Origin: Candidatus Krumholzibacteriia bacterium
Lineage (GTDB): Bacteria > Krumholzibacteriota > Krumholzibacteriia > LZORAL124-64-63
NCBI GenBank assembly: GCA_050174015.1
Contig: JBFXKG010000006.1
Coordinates: 157,219 to 221,218, forward strand
Length of the DNA stretch: 64,000 nt
Reading direction: 5' to 3'
Of this stretch, positions 37,613 through 48,353 are shown in pieces (position 1 is the stretch's first letter; every line of letters begins with the position of its first letter). The position numbers and the translations under genes are program-made. Below the pieces are notes generated by a model. That model had not been told where the DNA came from. It worked only from the letters and a program-made list of their open reading frames with translations, and made no database searches.

Positions 37613-38773
37613 ATGACCACGGAACACAACGACAATCTCGATCCTTCCCCCGATGAAGCCCCCACCCCCGCTCCCGAATCCCCGGAGGATGACGAATCGT
37701 CCAGCGAGGAGTTCGCCCGATTGCTCGAGGCGGCGGAGGAAAGCCGGCCCGCCGACCCCAAAATCGGCGACAAGCTCACCGGCACCATCGTCCAGATCGC
37801 CGGCAACGACGCCTTCGTGGACTGCGGCCTGCGCAACGAGCTCCCCATTTCGATCGAGGAGCTCAAGGATGAGGACGGCAATTTCGCCTACGAGATCGGA
37901 CAGTCCGTGACCGGGCACGTCCAGAAGGGCCCGGACGGCCTGAAGCTGACCCTGGCCCTGAACCTCAGGGAAGCCGGCCTGAAGGCTCTGCAGGATGCCC
38001 ATGCCTCCGGGACTCCGGTCGAGGGCAAGGTCAAGGAGACCAACAAGGGGGGATTCTCCATCGACGTGGGAGGCAAGCGCGGGTTCTGTCCGTTCAGCCA
38101 GATCGACCTGCGGAGAGTGGACGAACCCGAGGTGTTCGTCGGCCGGACCCTGAAGTTCAAGATCCTCGAACTGAGCGAGGACGGGCGCAACATCGTCCTT
38201 TCCCGGCGAGCCCTGCTGGAGGAGTCGCGGAGATCCCAGGGCGACGAGACCCGGGCCGACCTGGGCCTCGGCAAGACCTTCGAGGGCTCGGTCACCCGGC
38301 TGGTCCCCTTCGGGGCCTTCGTCGACATCGGCGGGGTCGAGGGACTGGTGCACATCAGCCAGATCTCCCACCAGCGCGTGGGCGATCCCTCGGACGTGCT
38401 GAAGGTCGGCCAGACCGTGAAGGTGAAGGTCCTGGAGATCCAGAACCTGGGACAGGGGCGCTCGGAACGGATCAGCCTGTCCATCAAGGCCCTGGCCAGC
38501 GATCCCTGGCCCGATACCGCGGACTCCCTCACCCCGGGGACGGACGTGCAGGCCCGGGTCACCCGCCTGGTCGACTTCGGCGTCTTCATGGAACTGCAGC
38601 CCGGCGTGGAAGGCCTTATCCACATCTCGGAACTCGCGAACCGCCGGATCATCCATCCGCGGGAGGTCCTCAACGAGGACGACGTGATCACCGTCCGGAT
38701 CCTCGACGTCGACCTCAACCGCCGGCGCATCTCCCTGTCCCGCCGGCAGGCCGCCGACTACGACGGAGACTGA
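37613..38773 (+). CDS. Ribosomal protein S1-like protein with four S1 domains
   Basis: Four S1/OB repeats (GFCPFSQI, FGAFVDIGGVEGLVHISQI, FGVFMEL..GVEGLIHISEL). Confidence 0.88.
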   Translation: MTTEHNDNLDPSPDEAPTPAPESPEDDESSSEEFARLLEAAEESRPADPKIGDKLTGTIVQIAGNDAFVDCGLRNELPISIEELKDEDGNFAYEIGQSVTGHVQKGPDGLKLTLALNLREAGLKALQDAHASGTPVEGKVKETNKGGFSIDVGGKRGFCPFSQIDLRRVDEPEVFVGRTLKFKILELSEDGRNIVLSRRALLEESRRSQGDETRADLGLGKTFEGSVTRLVPFGAFVDIGGVEGLVHISQISHQRVGDPSDVLKVGQTVKVKVLEIQNLGQGRSERISLSIKALASDPWPDTADSLTPGTDVQARVTRLVDFGVFMELQPGVEGLIHISELANRRIIHPREVLNEDDVITVRILDVDLNRRRISLSRRQAADYDGD

Positions 38774-38810
38774 TTCCCTTCCTGCCGCCGACCGCCGGCG
38801 CCGCTTCCCT

Positions 38811-39974
38811 TCAGGATGCGGCGCCGCGCAGTTTCCGGACCAGGGCGATGATCCGGTCCCCGGCCTCCGCGATCTCGGCGGCGGTCGTGAAGCGGCCCAG
38901 ACCGATCCTCAGGCTGCAGCGGGCCAGGTCCGCAGGCACGCCCAGACCGAGCAGGACGGGGGACGGTTCGGTGGACCCGCTGGCGCAGGCGGATCCGGAG
39001 GAGACGGCCAGGGTGGTCAACCCCGCCAGCAGCCGGTGCGAGGGCACCCCGGCGACGCTGAAGTTCAGGTTGCCCGGCAGCCGGCGCCGGGGGCACCCGT
39101 TGAGCGTCACGCCTTCGAGGGCGGTGGAGATCCGCCGCCAAAGGTCGTCCCGCAGGGCGGACAACCGGACCGCCTCATCCGCCATGCCCTCGGCAGCCAG
39201 CCGGCAGGCCTCGCCGAAGCCCGCGATGGCCGGGACGTCGAGCGTGCCGGGACGCAGTCCCCCCTCCTGGCCGCCGCCGAACTGGCGGGGGCGCAGGACC
39301 ACCCGGGGATTCCGGCGTCGCACGAACAGGGCCCCCGCCCCCTTGGGCCCGTGGATCTTGTGGGAGGACAGGGCGAGCAGGTCGATGCCCATGGCCTGGA
39401 CGTCGACGGGGATCCGGCCGGCTGCCTGGGCCGCGTCGGTCATGAACAGGACTCCCCGTTCCTTGCAGAGGCTTCCCAAATCCGCGAGGGGCTGGATGGT
39501 CCCGATCTCGTTCTGGGCGGCCATCACGGTCACCAGCCGGGAATCCGCACTCAGGGCCGCCTCCACCGCCCCCCATTCCAGGACGCCCCCGGGATCGGGC
39601 CCCACCCGGGCGACCCGCCAGCCCCTTCGCTCCAGCTCGGCCACGGGCCCGGCCACCGCCTCGTGTTCGAAGGTGGAGGTGACGACCTGCCCGGGCCGGC
39701 CTTCCCAGGCATCGGCCAATCCCAGCAAGGCCAGGTTGTCCGCCTCGGTGGCTCCCGAGGTGAAGACGATCTCCCTCGGGGAGGCGTTGATCAGGGCGGC
39801 CACCTTGTCCCTGGCCTGTTCCACCAGCTTGGCCGCAGCCCAGCCGTAGGCGTGGCCGGCACTGCCGGCGTTGCCGAAGTGGTCCCGCTGGACCTGGTGG
39901 ACGAGTTCGAGGACGCGCGGATCCAGGGGGGTGGTCGCGTGATGGTCGAGGTAGATGGGTGAACGCGGGCTCAA
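38811..39974 (-). CDS. iscS: Cysteine desulfurase (IscS/NifS family)
   Basis: [35 protein letters not shown] start overlaps the nadA stop. Confidence 0.9.
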   Translation of the reverse strand: MSPRSPIYLDHHATTPLDPRVLELVHQVQRDHFGNAGSAGHAYGWAAAKLVEQARDKVAALINASPREIVFTSGATEADNLALLGLADAWEGRPGQVVTSTFEHEAVAGPVAELERRGWRVARVGPDPGGVLEWGAVEAALSADSRLVTVMAAQNEIGTIQPLADLGSLCKERGVLFMTDAAQAAGRIPVDVQAMGIDLLALSSHKIHGPKGAGALFVRRRNPRVVLRPRQFGGGQEGGLRPGTLDVPAIAGFGEACRLAAEGMADEAVRLSALRDDLWRRISTALEGVTLNGCPRRRLPGNLNFSVAGVPSHRLLAGLTTLAVSSGSACASGSTEPSPVLLGLGVPADLARCSLRIGLGRFTTAAEIAEAGDRIIALVRKLRGAAS

Positions 39975-40927
39975 CGGCTCAATTCCAGCATGCGGTTGAT
40001 GGGAACCAGGGCCTTGGCGGCCGTGCCCGGATCGACCACGATCTCCGGCGTCCTGTCCCGCATGCAGAGGTAGAGCTTTTCCAGGGTGTTGAGCTTCATG
40101 TACGGGCACTCGTTGCAGTTGCAGGACTCGTCGGCCCCGGGCGCGGGGATGAGTTCCTTGTCCGGGTTCTCCTTGCGCATCTGGTGGAGGATGCCGGGTT
40201 CGGTGACGACGATGATCTGCCGTGAGGGCGCCTTCCGGGCATAGGCCAGGATGCTGGCCGTGCTGCCGACGTGATCGGCATGCTGGAGGACCCCTTCGGG
40301 ACATTCGGGATGGGCGGCGACCACCGCGTCGGGATGGGCCACCTTCAGCTCCACGAGCCGCTTCTCGCTGAACACCTCGTGGACCTCGCAGGAGCCCGGC
40401 CACAGGACCAGGTCCCGGCCCAGCTGCTTGGCCACCCAGCCGCCCAGGAACCGGTCCGGGGCGAAGATCAGGGGCTGGTCGGCCGGGAAGGACGCCACGA
40501 TCTTCAGGGCGTTGCCGCTGGTGCAGATCACGTCGCTCATGGCCTTGGTGGCCGCCGAGCAGTTGATGTAGCTGACCACCTTGTGCCCCGGATGGCGGGC
40601 GACGAACGCCGCGAACTCGTCGGGCGGGCAGCCGTCGGCCAGGCTGCAGCCGGCCTCCAGGTCGGGCAGCAGGACCTGCTTGTGGGGATTGAGGATCTTG
40701 GCGGTCTCGGCCATGAAGTGGACGCCCGCGAAGACGATCACGTCCGCCTCGGTCTCCGCCGCCCGCTGGGCCAGGGCCAGGCTGTCCCCCACGTGGTCGG
40801 CCACGTCCTGGATGTCGGGTTCCTGGTAGTAATGGGCGAGGATGACGGCGTTCAGCCGCCGCCGCAGGGCATCGATCTCGGCGAAGAGGTCGAGGCCCGG
40901 GTCCAGTTCGGGGTGCCTGCTCGGCAT
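39971..40927 (-). CDS. nadA: Quinolinate synthase
   Basis: [42 protein letters not shown]. Confidence 0.95.
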   Translation of the reverse strand: MPSRHPELDPGLDLFAEIDALRRRLNAVILAHYYQEPDIQDVADHVGDSLALAQRAAETEADVIVFAGVHFMAETAKILNPHKQVLLPDLEAGCSLADGCPPDEFAAFVARHPGHKVVSYINCSAATKAMSDVICTSGNALKIVASFPADQPLIFAPDRFLGGWVAKQLGRDLVLWPGSCEVHEVFSEKRLVELKVAHPDAVVAAHPECPEGVLQHADHVGSTASILAYARKAPSRQIIVVTEPGILHQMRKENPDKELIPAPGADESCNCNECPYMKLNTLEKLYLCMRDRTPEIVVDPGTAAKALVPINRMLELSR

Positions 40928-41223
40928 CGGACAAACCTTTCGGGCAGGGGCCGGATGGCCCATCCCGGGTTCCCCTACCGCAGGGGGACGCCTGCGCACA
41001 ATCTTGCCCAACTCGTCCGGTTCTGCAAGGGGGATTGCACAAAGAACGCATGCGCTATGGACTTTCCCGGGTTCAGGTCTTAATATTCATGGGTTGGAAA
41101 TGCGGCCAATGCCTCCCAGTGGGCATGGTATGGGTCGGTCCGGACCCCACCTGGAACCGGACCGGTTGCGGTGGCCGGCCGTTACCGTTCTCCCCACCAG
41201 CTGAACGTGAGGAATTACCGGCA

Positions 41224-42435
41224 ATGAAGAACATTTCCCCTGTTTCGCCCGGTGCCCGGGCTCGCGGTCGGCAACTCGGGGGCAGGGCGTTGCTCGCCTG
41301 TCTCCTGCTGGCCTCCCTGGGATCGCTGCCCGCCTGCAACGGCGACGACGACCCCACCTTCCCCCAGCCCATCGTTCCCGAAGCGCGCCACTGGCTGTTC
41401 GACATCGAGGGATCCGGCCCCAGCGACATCTGGGCCTGCGGCAACAACGGCGCCATGTTGCATTTCGACGGCGCCCAGTGGCAGGCCGTGAACATGGGAT
41501 CCAGCGGCGCCATCGTCCGGATGTACCGGGATCCCGCGGGCGCCCTCTACGCCTGCGGGCACGGCGGGAAGATCTGGCGCAATTCGGGGACGACCTGGTC
41601 CTCCATGGAGACCGGCACGTCCCTGGACCTCTACACCCTCGGCTCCTATCTGGGCAACGTGCACGCCGGGGGCCGGGACGGGATCCTGCTGAGGCTGGCC
41701 GGGAGTTCCTGGGCCAAGGTCGACCGCAACGTGATGATCCTGCGCGACGCGCAGGGGGCTCCCCAGGACACCCTTTTCCAGAACCAGGACGTCGAGGCGC
41801 TTCTGACGATCAACCACTACGCCATCGGCGGCGCCTACCGGGATCCCCGCTACGTCGGCCCCGAAGTGGGCATGCTGGGCACCGACGGCATGATCCTGTC
41901 CGAGGACAACGAGTACGACTGGATCCTTCGGCCCCTGGGCGGCGACCAGCTGGTCGACGAGGAGTGGATCCTCTGCACCTACTCCGATCCCGACGTGACC
42001 GCCAACAACTACCTCGGCTCCTCCGAGGGCTGGCTGTTCCGCTTGAACGAGGACGGCAGCTGGAACCAGATGCGGCCCAAGGTCACCAACGATCCCAACG
42101 GGGGCATCAGGGACATCTGGATGGATGCCGCGGACAACCTCTACTTGGCCACCGACGAAGGCCAGGTCGTGTTCCAGTCCTATGACTACAATTTCGTGGA
42201 GCAGCAGGGGAAGCGGGTGGTCCTGACCGACCTCGCCGTGGACTTCGCGGCGATCTGGGGAAGCAGCCCCGACGACCTGTACGTGGTGGGTTTCTTCGAG
42301 GACCGGATCATCCACGGCCGCCACGATCTGGAGTCGGACACCTTCGAGATCATCGAGTGGATCGAGGTGCCCTGGCCGGACAAGGGCCTTTCCTCCGGCC
42401 CCCTCGTCGACCAGTTCGGTCGCCCGCTGTACTGA
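41224..42435 (+). CDS. Hypothetical beta-propeller lipoprotein
   Basis: Lipobox LPAC; repeats GSGPSDIWACG, HFDGAQW, IWGSSPDDLYVVG. Confidence 0.72.
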   Translation: MKNISPVSPGARARGRQLGGRALLACLLLASLGSLPACNGDDDPTFPQPIVPEARHWLFDIEGSGPSDIWACGNNGAMLHFDGAQWQAVNMGSSGAIVRMYRDPAGALYACGHGGKIWRNSGTTWSSMETGTSLDLYTLGSYLGNVHAGGRDGILLRLAGSSWAKVDRNVMILRDAQGAPQDTLFQNQDVEALLTINHYAIGGAYRDPRYVGPEVGMLGTDGMILSEDNEYDWILRPLGGDQLVDEEWILCTYSDPDVTANNYLGSSEGWLFRLNEDGSWNQMRPKVTNDPNGGIRDIWMDAADNLYLATDEGQVVFQSYDYNFVEQQGKRVVLTDLAVDFAAIWGSSPDDLYVVGFFEDRIIHGRHDLESDTFEIIEWIEVPWPDKGLSSGPLVDQFGRPLY

Positions 42436-42441
42436 TGGGTC

Positions 42442-42478
42442 GGGCCGGCGGCCATCGGCCGCCGGCCCATTCTTCTTT
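42442..42478 (+). terminator. Terminator-like hairpin
   Basis: GGGCCGGCGGCC-ATC-GGCCGCCGGCCC followed by ATTCTTCTTT. Confidence 0.6.
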
Positions 42479-42548
42479 CACCCCCCGACGGCCCGGCTCC
42501 CCCGAACCGGGCTGATCCCTCGCCCAACATCGCCAACGGAGGTCATCC

Positions 42549-44489
42549 ATGTCGCATTTCGGTCATCGCCCGGCAGCCCGGACCATGGTGGGGTTCCTGG
42601 CATTCGCCCTGTTCGCCGTCCCCGTTCTCGCCGCGGACTACGTCCCCGATCCCTCCGCCCCGCGGGCGGACATCCCCAAGGGGTACCAGTGGGATCCCAC
42701 CGACATCTTCCCCGATGACGATGCCTGGGCCGCCGAGCTGGAGGCGATCAAGGTCGACATCCCCAAGCTCAACGGCTTCAAGGGGCGCCTGGGCGAATCG
42801 GCCGCCACCCTGCTGGACGCCAACACCGCCACCTTCGACCTGCGCCTGCGGCTGATGAAGCTCTACGTCTACGCCCAGACCAAGTATGACGTCGAGCAGG
42901 GAGTCGGTTCCCTTCGGCAGATGCAGGGCCGTGTCTCGGCCGTTTTCCCCTCCTTCGGCGAGGCCACCAGCTGGATGGAACCGGAGCTGCTGGAGATCGA
43001 TCCCACGACGATCCGCAACTTCATGAACGAGGAACCCGCCCTCGCGGAGTTCGAGTACTACTTCGAGGAACTCTGGCGGCAGCAGGAGCACACCCTGAGC
43101 AGCCCCGAGGAGCGCATCATGGCCCTGACCGGCAACATGCGCAGCACCGCCGGCGACGCCCACGAGGCCCTTCTCGGCGTCGACATGGAGTTCCCCGAAA
43201 TCGTCGGCCCCGAGGGCGCCAAGATCCCCGTGACCCTCAGCGGGTTCTCCTCCCTGCGCTCCCACGACAACTACCTGGTCCGCAAGCAGGCCGCCGACGC
43301 CTTCTTCGGCACCCTGCGCGGCTACGAGAACACCTTCGCCGTCCTGCTGGACGGCGTGGTCAAGAACCACCTGATGTCCAAGGACGCCCGGGGCTACGGG
43401 ACCTGCCTCGAGGCCGCCCTCTCCCCGGACAACATCTCCACCGACGCCTACCGGATGCTCATCGACACCATCCGGGCGAACCTGCCGCGTACGATGCACA
43501 AGTACGTCGGCCTCCGCCGCAAGGTCATGGGACTGGACGAGAACCTGTCCTTCCCCAACCTCTACAACGCCATGCTGGAGGGCGTCGAGCCCGAGTACAC
43601 CTACGACGAGGCGCGCAAGCTCATCGCCACCGGACTCAAGCCCCTGGGCAAGGAATACGTGGGCATCCTGGAAGAGGGTCTCGATCCCGCCAACGGCTGG
43701 ATCGACGTCTACCCCAACCAGGACAAGCGCAGCGGCGCCTACAGCAACGGCGTCCTGGCCAGGGAAGTCCATCCCTTCGTGCTGCACAACTTCGACAACA
43801 CGCTGGACGCCGTCTCCACGACCGCCCACGAGATGGGCCACGCCATCCATTCGTACTACAGCAGCCGCAACCAGCCGCCCGTCTACTCCGGCTACACGAC
43901 CTTCCTGGCCGAGGTGGCGTCCACCTGCAACGAGGCGCTGCTGACCAACTACCTGCTGGATGAGGCCCGGAAGGACAACGACATCGACATGCAGCTGCTG
44001 CTGCTGAACCAGAGGCTGGAGAGCATCCGCCTGACCATCTTCCGCCAGACCCTGTTCGCCGACTTCGAGCTGCGCTTCCACGAGTACGCCGAGCAGGGCA
44101 ATCCCCTGACCGCGGAGTACCTCAACGGGCTCTACGCCGACCTGATCAGGGAGTACTACGGTCCCGAGTTCGTGGTCGGGCCCGACGACGAGTGCGAGTG
44201 GATGTTCATCCCCCACTTCTACTACAACTTCTACGTCTTCACCTACGCGACGGGCCTGACCAGCGGCCTGGCCCTGGCCGACGAGATCGACCGCAACGGG
44301 GAGAAGGCCGCCAGTCGTTACATCGACAACATGCTGAAGGCCGGATCCAGCGCTCCGCCGCTGGACATCCTGCGGAACGCCGGCGTCGACCTGGAGACCC
44401 CGGCTCCCATCGACGCGGCCATGGACGTGTTCGAACGCACGATCGACGAGTTCGACCGCCTGTGGACCCGGAAGTACGGCAAGGGTTGA
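42549..44489 (+). CDS. pepF: Oligoendopeptidase F (M3B) with N-terminal signal peptide
   Basis: WIDVY, KRSGAYS, HEMGH, AEVAS, IPHFYYNFYV. Confidence 0.92.
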   Translation: MSHFGHRPAARTMVGFLAFALFAVPVLAADYVPDPSAPRADIPKGYQWDPTDIFPDDDAWAAELEAIKVDIPKLNGFKGRLGESAATLLDANTATFDLRLRLMKLYVYAQTKYDVEQGVGSLRQMQGRVSAVFPSFGEATSWMEPELLEIDPTTIRNFMNEEPALAEFEYYFEELWRQQEHTLSSPEERIMALTGNMRSTAGDAHEALLGVDMEFPEIVGPEGAKIPVTLSGFSSLRSHDNYLVRKQAADAFFGTLRGYENTFAVLLDGVVKNHLMSKDARGYGTCLEAALSPDNISTDAYRMLIDTIRANLPRTMHKYVGLRRKVMGLDENLSFPNLYNAMLEGVEPEYTYDEARKLIATGLKPLGKEYVGILEEGLDPANGWIDVYPNQDKRSGAYSNGVLAREVHPFVLHNFDNTLDAVSTTAHEMGHAIHSYYSSRNQPPVYSGYTTFLAEVASTCNEALLTNYLLDEARKDNDIDMQLLLLNQRLESIRLTIFRQTLFADFELRFHEYAEQGNPLTAEYLNGLYADLIREYYGPEFVVGPDDECEWMFIPHFYYNFYVFTYATGLTSGLALADEIDRNGEKAASRYIDNMLKAGSSAPPLDILRNAGVDLETPAPIDAAMDVFERTIDEFDRLWTRKYGKG

Positions 44490-44521
44490 TCGACAGGACC
44501 ATCCCGCAGGATCAGGACCGC

Positions 44522-44556
44522 AGAAGGCGCCGGGATGACCCGGCGCCTTCTTCCTT
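44522..44556. terminator. Terminator hairpin between convergent pepF and flagellin genes
   Basis: AGAAGGCGCCGGG-ATGA-CCCGGCGCCTTCT, 13-bp stem. Confidence 0.65.
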
Positions 44557-44588
44557 GGGTGTGGGAGTCGAATCGTCTGGAACGCCGG

Positions 44589-45425
44589 TCAGCGGAGCAG
44601 GTTCAGGACGGTTCCCGCCAGCCCCTGGGCCTGGGCCTGGACCGCGGTCGGGGCCTGGCTCAGGATCTGCCGGCTGACCTGGCGGCTGGACTCCAGGGCG
44701 AGGTCCGCGTCCTGGACGCGCGAACGGGCCGCCAGGGTGGTCTCCATCGCCACGGCCACGTCCCTCTGGGCACCCACCAGACGGTTTCCCTCGGCCCCCA
44801 GTTCGGCCCTGCGACCGGCAAGGCTCTGCAGGGCGTGGTCGACGTCCTCGAGGGCGTCCCGGGCGCTCCTTCCGTCGGTCCCGTCCAGCCGGGCCTGCGC
44901 CAGCCCGAGGGACTGGGTGTCCATGTTCGCACCCAGGTCCAGGGCGATCACCTGGGCCTCGCCTCCCCCTTGACCGGTCGCGATGCGGATTTCCCCGGCG
45001 GACCCGTCCAGCAGGCGATGGCCGCCGAAGGCGGTGGCTGCCGTGACGCGGTCGAGTTCGTCCTTCAGCGCCCTGAACTCCTCGTCCAGGGCCAGGCGCT
45101 GTTCGGGCCCCGTCGCATCGCCGGCGGCGGCCAGGGCGAGTTCCCGCATGCGGTGGAGGCTCTCCCCCATGGAATCGAGGGCGCCGTCGGCGGTCTGGAC
45201 CAGCGACATCCCGTCGTAGAGGTCCGTCAGCCCCTGCCGGAGCCCGCGAATCTCCTCGCCGAGGGTCTGGGAGATGGCCAGTCCGGCTGCGTCGTCCGCG
45301 GCCCGGTTGATGCGCCTGCCCGAGGCCGCTTTCTCCGCGGCCTGGTGGAGTTCCTTGCGGGCCTCTTCCTGCTTGCGGACCGGGTCCGGCCGCAGGAGGC
45401 CCTTGGGATCGATGCGCAGGCTCAT
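44589..45425 (-). CDS. Short flagellin-family protein (D0/D1 only)
   Basis: SGRRINRAADDAAGLAIS, QTADGAL, RMRELA, RAELGA..NRL, SRVQDAD. Confidence 0.88.
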   Translation of the reverse strand: MSLRIDPKGLLRPDPVRKQEEARKELHQAAEKAASGRRINRAADDAAGLAISQTLGEEIRGLRQGLTDLYDGMSLVQTADGALDSMGESLHRMRELALAAAGDATGPEQRLALDEEFRALKDELDRVTAATAFGGHRLLDGSAGEIRIATGQGGGEAQVIALDLGANMDTQSLGLAQARLDGTDGRSARDALEDVDHALQSLAGRRAELGAEGNRLVGAQRDVAVAMETTLAARSRVQDADLALESSRQVSRQILSQAPTAVQAQAQGLAGTVLNLLR

Positions 45426-45524
45426 GGTGACAATCCTTTGCTGCGACCGCGAATCCGTTCGGTCCTGCCAGGTGACGTCCGCCGGGATCGCAGGGAATTG
45501 GACGGACTTCGCCTGATGAGGGGT

Positions 45525-45551
45525 ATATCGGCGCAGGGGAGGAAAACTTGA
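45525..45551 (-). promoter_or_regulatory. Sigma28 (FliA-type) promoter of the flagellin gene
   Basis: TCAA-N15-GCCGATAT (TCAAGTTT...GCCGATAT) ~100 nt upstream of the ATG. Confidence 0.8.
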
Positions 45552-45613
45552 GCGGTTTTTCGAAATTCATCGGTCGGCGCGGGAGGGCCGGATATCGGGG
45601 GAGAAAGAAGGAG

Positions 45614-45689
45614 TGGTAGGCCGCGCTGGACTCGAACCAGCTACCCTCTCCTTAAAAGGGAGATGCTCTACCTGCTGAGCTAGCGGCCC
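45614..45689 (-). tRNA. tRNA-Lys (anticodon TTT)
   Basis: GGGCCGC acceptor, TAGCTCAG, TCTCC-CTTTTAA-GGAGA anticodon arm, GGTTCGAGTCC, encoded CCA; 76 nt. Confidence 0.97.
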
Positions 45690-45725
45690 ACCCTGGGAAA
45701 ACCGCGGGACGCCGCGGGTCAGGCA

Positions 45726-45754
45726 ATAATAGAAGCCGCCGCCGCGCGTGTCAA
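45726..45754 (-). promoter_or_regulatory. Sigma70 promoter of tRNA-Lys
   Basis: TTGACA-N17-TATTAT. Confidence 0.75.
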
Positions 45755-45781
45755 AGCAAAGGCCCGCGCAGGGAACGGACC

Positions 45782-47080
<1,299 letters not shown>

Positions 47081-47168
47081 TCACTCCCTGTCTGGTCCGG
47101 AAGCGCGCCCCCTGACCTCAAAAAAAAACGTCCCAGGGTGCGCAGCACCGTACCGGGAACCGGGCCAC

Positions 47169-47197
47169 AGTATGGCCCACCGGTCAGCGGCCGTCAA
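47169..47197 (-). promoter_or_regulatory. Putative sigma70 promoter of purA
   Basis: TTGACG-N17-CATACT. Confidence 0.55.
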
Positions 47198-47633
47198 ACA
47201 TTGCTTTGAGGTTGCCCCAGAGCTCCTCGTCGACGAGGGACCCGGATCCGCACTCGTCCGGGACCCCGGGGTTTCCCGTCTGTTCGGTGACGTTGCCGTC
47301 GGCCCGTCCGTCCCCGTCGCTGTCGCCGATCTCCACCCCGTTGAGGCAGCCGTCGCCGTCGGAATCCAGACTCGCCAGTTCCAGGTCCCAGATGCGTCCG
47401 TTGGCGAGGAAGTCGGCGCCGAAGGGATTCAAGTCGGATCGGGTCGGGGTGGGATTGGTCACCAGGTGGCAGGCCAGGCAGAGATTCGGCTCGGTGACCG
47501 GCAACTTGGCCATCTCGAATTCCGTCGCACGGGAGACCGCTGGTGCGGCCAGCAGGCAGACCCCAACCAGGACCGGGCATACGCCACGGCCCAGCGAGGC
47601 CGTTCCGGCCTGGATTGCGACCCGATTCACCAC
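47184..47633 (-). CDS. Small secreted mono-heme c-type protein with temptin-like DxDxDG region
   Basis: Signal peptide, CLACH, LNPFGADF, LDSDGDG...EIGDSDGDG, C-terminal WGNLKAMF; GTG start inferred. Confidence 0.7.
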   Translation of the reverse strand: MVNRVAIQAGTASLGRGVCPVLVGVCLLAAPAVSRATEFEMAKLPVTEPNLCLACHLVTNPTPTRSDLNPFGADFLANGRIWDLELASLDSDGDGCLNGVEIGDSDGDGRADGNVTEQTGNPGVPDECGSGSLVDEELWGNLKAMFDGR

Positions 47634-47690
47634 GGTCGAATACCTGTTCCGCCTCTCCTTCCGGTCCGCCCTCGGGTCGGGACCGGAACC

Positions 47691-47720
47691 ATTATACCCC
47701 CGGTTCCCCGGAAGCGTCAA
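47691..47720 (-). promoter_or_regulatory. Sigma70 promoter upstream of the heme protein gene
   Basis: TTGACG-N18-TATAAT. Confidence 0.65.
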
Positions 47721-47753
47721 ACCGGCCCCCCGCCCCCGCTCAGCCGGCAGCGG

Positions 47754-48353
47754 TCAAGCCTCGGGTTCATTGGCGTCCAGCAAGGCTCCGATCCAGGCCA
47801 GGATGGATTCCCGGCCGGATCGGCCGATCGCGGAAGTAGGGAAGAAAGGCGTCTCGGCCGGAACCGCCAGGGTCTCGATGATTTCGCGATACCGGGCGGG
47901 GCGGGCGTTGGTTCCCACCTTGTCCACCTTGGTCACGGCGAGGGCGAAGGGGTGCCCCGAGGCCTTGACCCAGCCGGAAACCTCGACGTCCTGGACGCTC
48001 GGCCGGTGCCTGACGTCCAGGAGATGAAGGACCGCCACCGGCCGGTCCTCCCCTGCCAGGAGGCGGCGGAACAGGGAATCCCAGGCGGCCCGCTGCACCT
48101 TGCTGACCTTGGCATAGCCGTAGCCCGGCAGATCCACCAGGTAGTACCTGTCGTCGACCAGGTAGTAGTTCATCAGGCGGGTCTTGCCGGGCTGCCCGCT
48201 GGTGCGGGCCAGCTTGGACCGGTCGAGGATGTGGTTGATCAGGGAGGACTTCCCGCAATTGCTGCGTCCGATGACCACGATCTCGGGCAGGATCCGGCCG
48301 GGCCGTCCCCCCAGGTCGGGCGCGCTGGTGACCAGTTCGACCCGCACCGTCAA
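47754..48353 (-). CDS. engB: Ribosome biogenesis GTPase EngB (YihA/YsxC)
   Basis: GRSNCGKSS, PGKT, DLPGYG, TKVDK; follows lon. Confidence 0.93.
   Translation of the reverse strand: MTVRVELVTSAPDLGGRPGRILPEIVVIGRSNCGKSSLINHILDRSKLARTSGQPGKTRLMNYYLVDDRYYLVDLPGYGYAKVSKVQRAAWDSLFRRLLAGEDRPVAVLHLLDVRHRPSVQDVEVSGWVKASGHPFALAVTKVDKVGTNARPARYREIIETLAVPAETPFFPTSAIGRSGRESILAWIGALLDANEPEA

Noticed and set aside
40993..41012. GG-N10-GC spacing upstream of nadA (TTGGGCAAGATTGTGC on the minus strand)
   Set aside because: Poor match to TGGCAC and no supporting context.
44500..45689. Integrative element at the 3' end of tRNA-Lys (or tRNA-Leu)
   Set aside because: No integrase, no duplicated tRNA 3' end, and no visible compositional shift.
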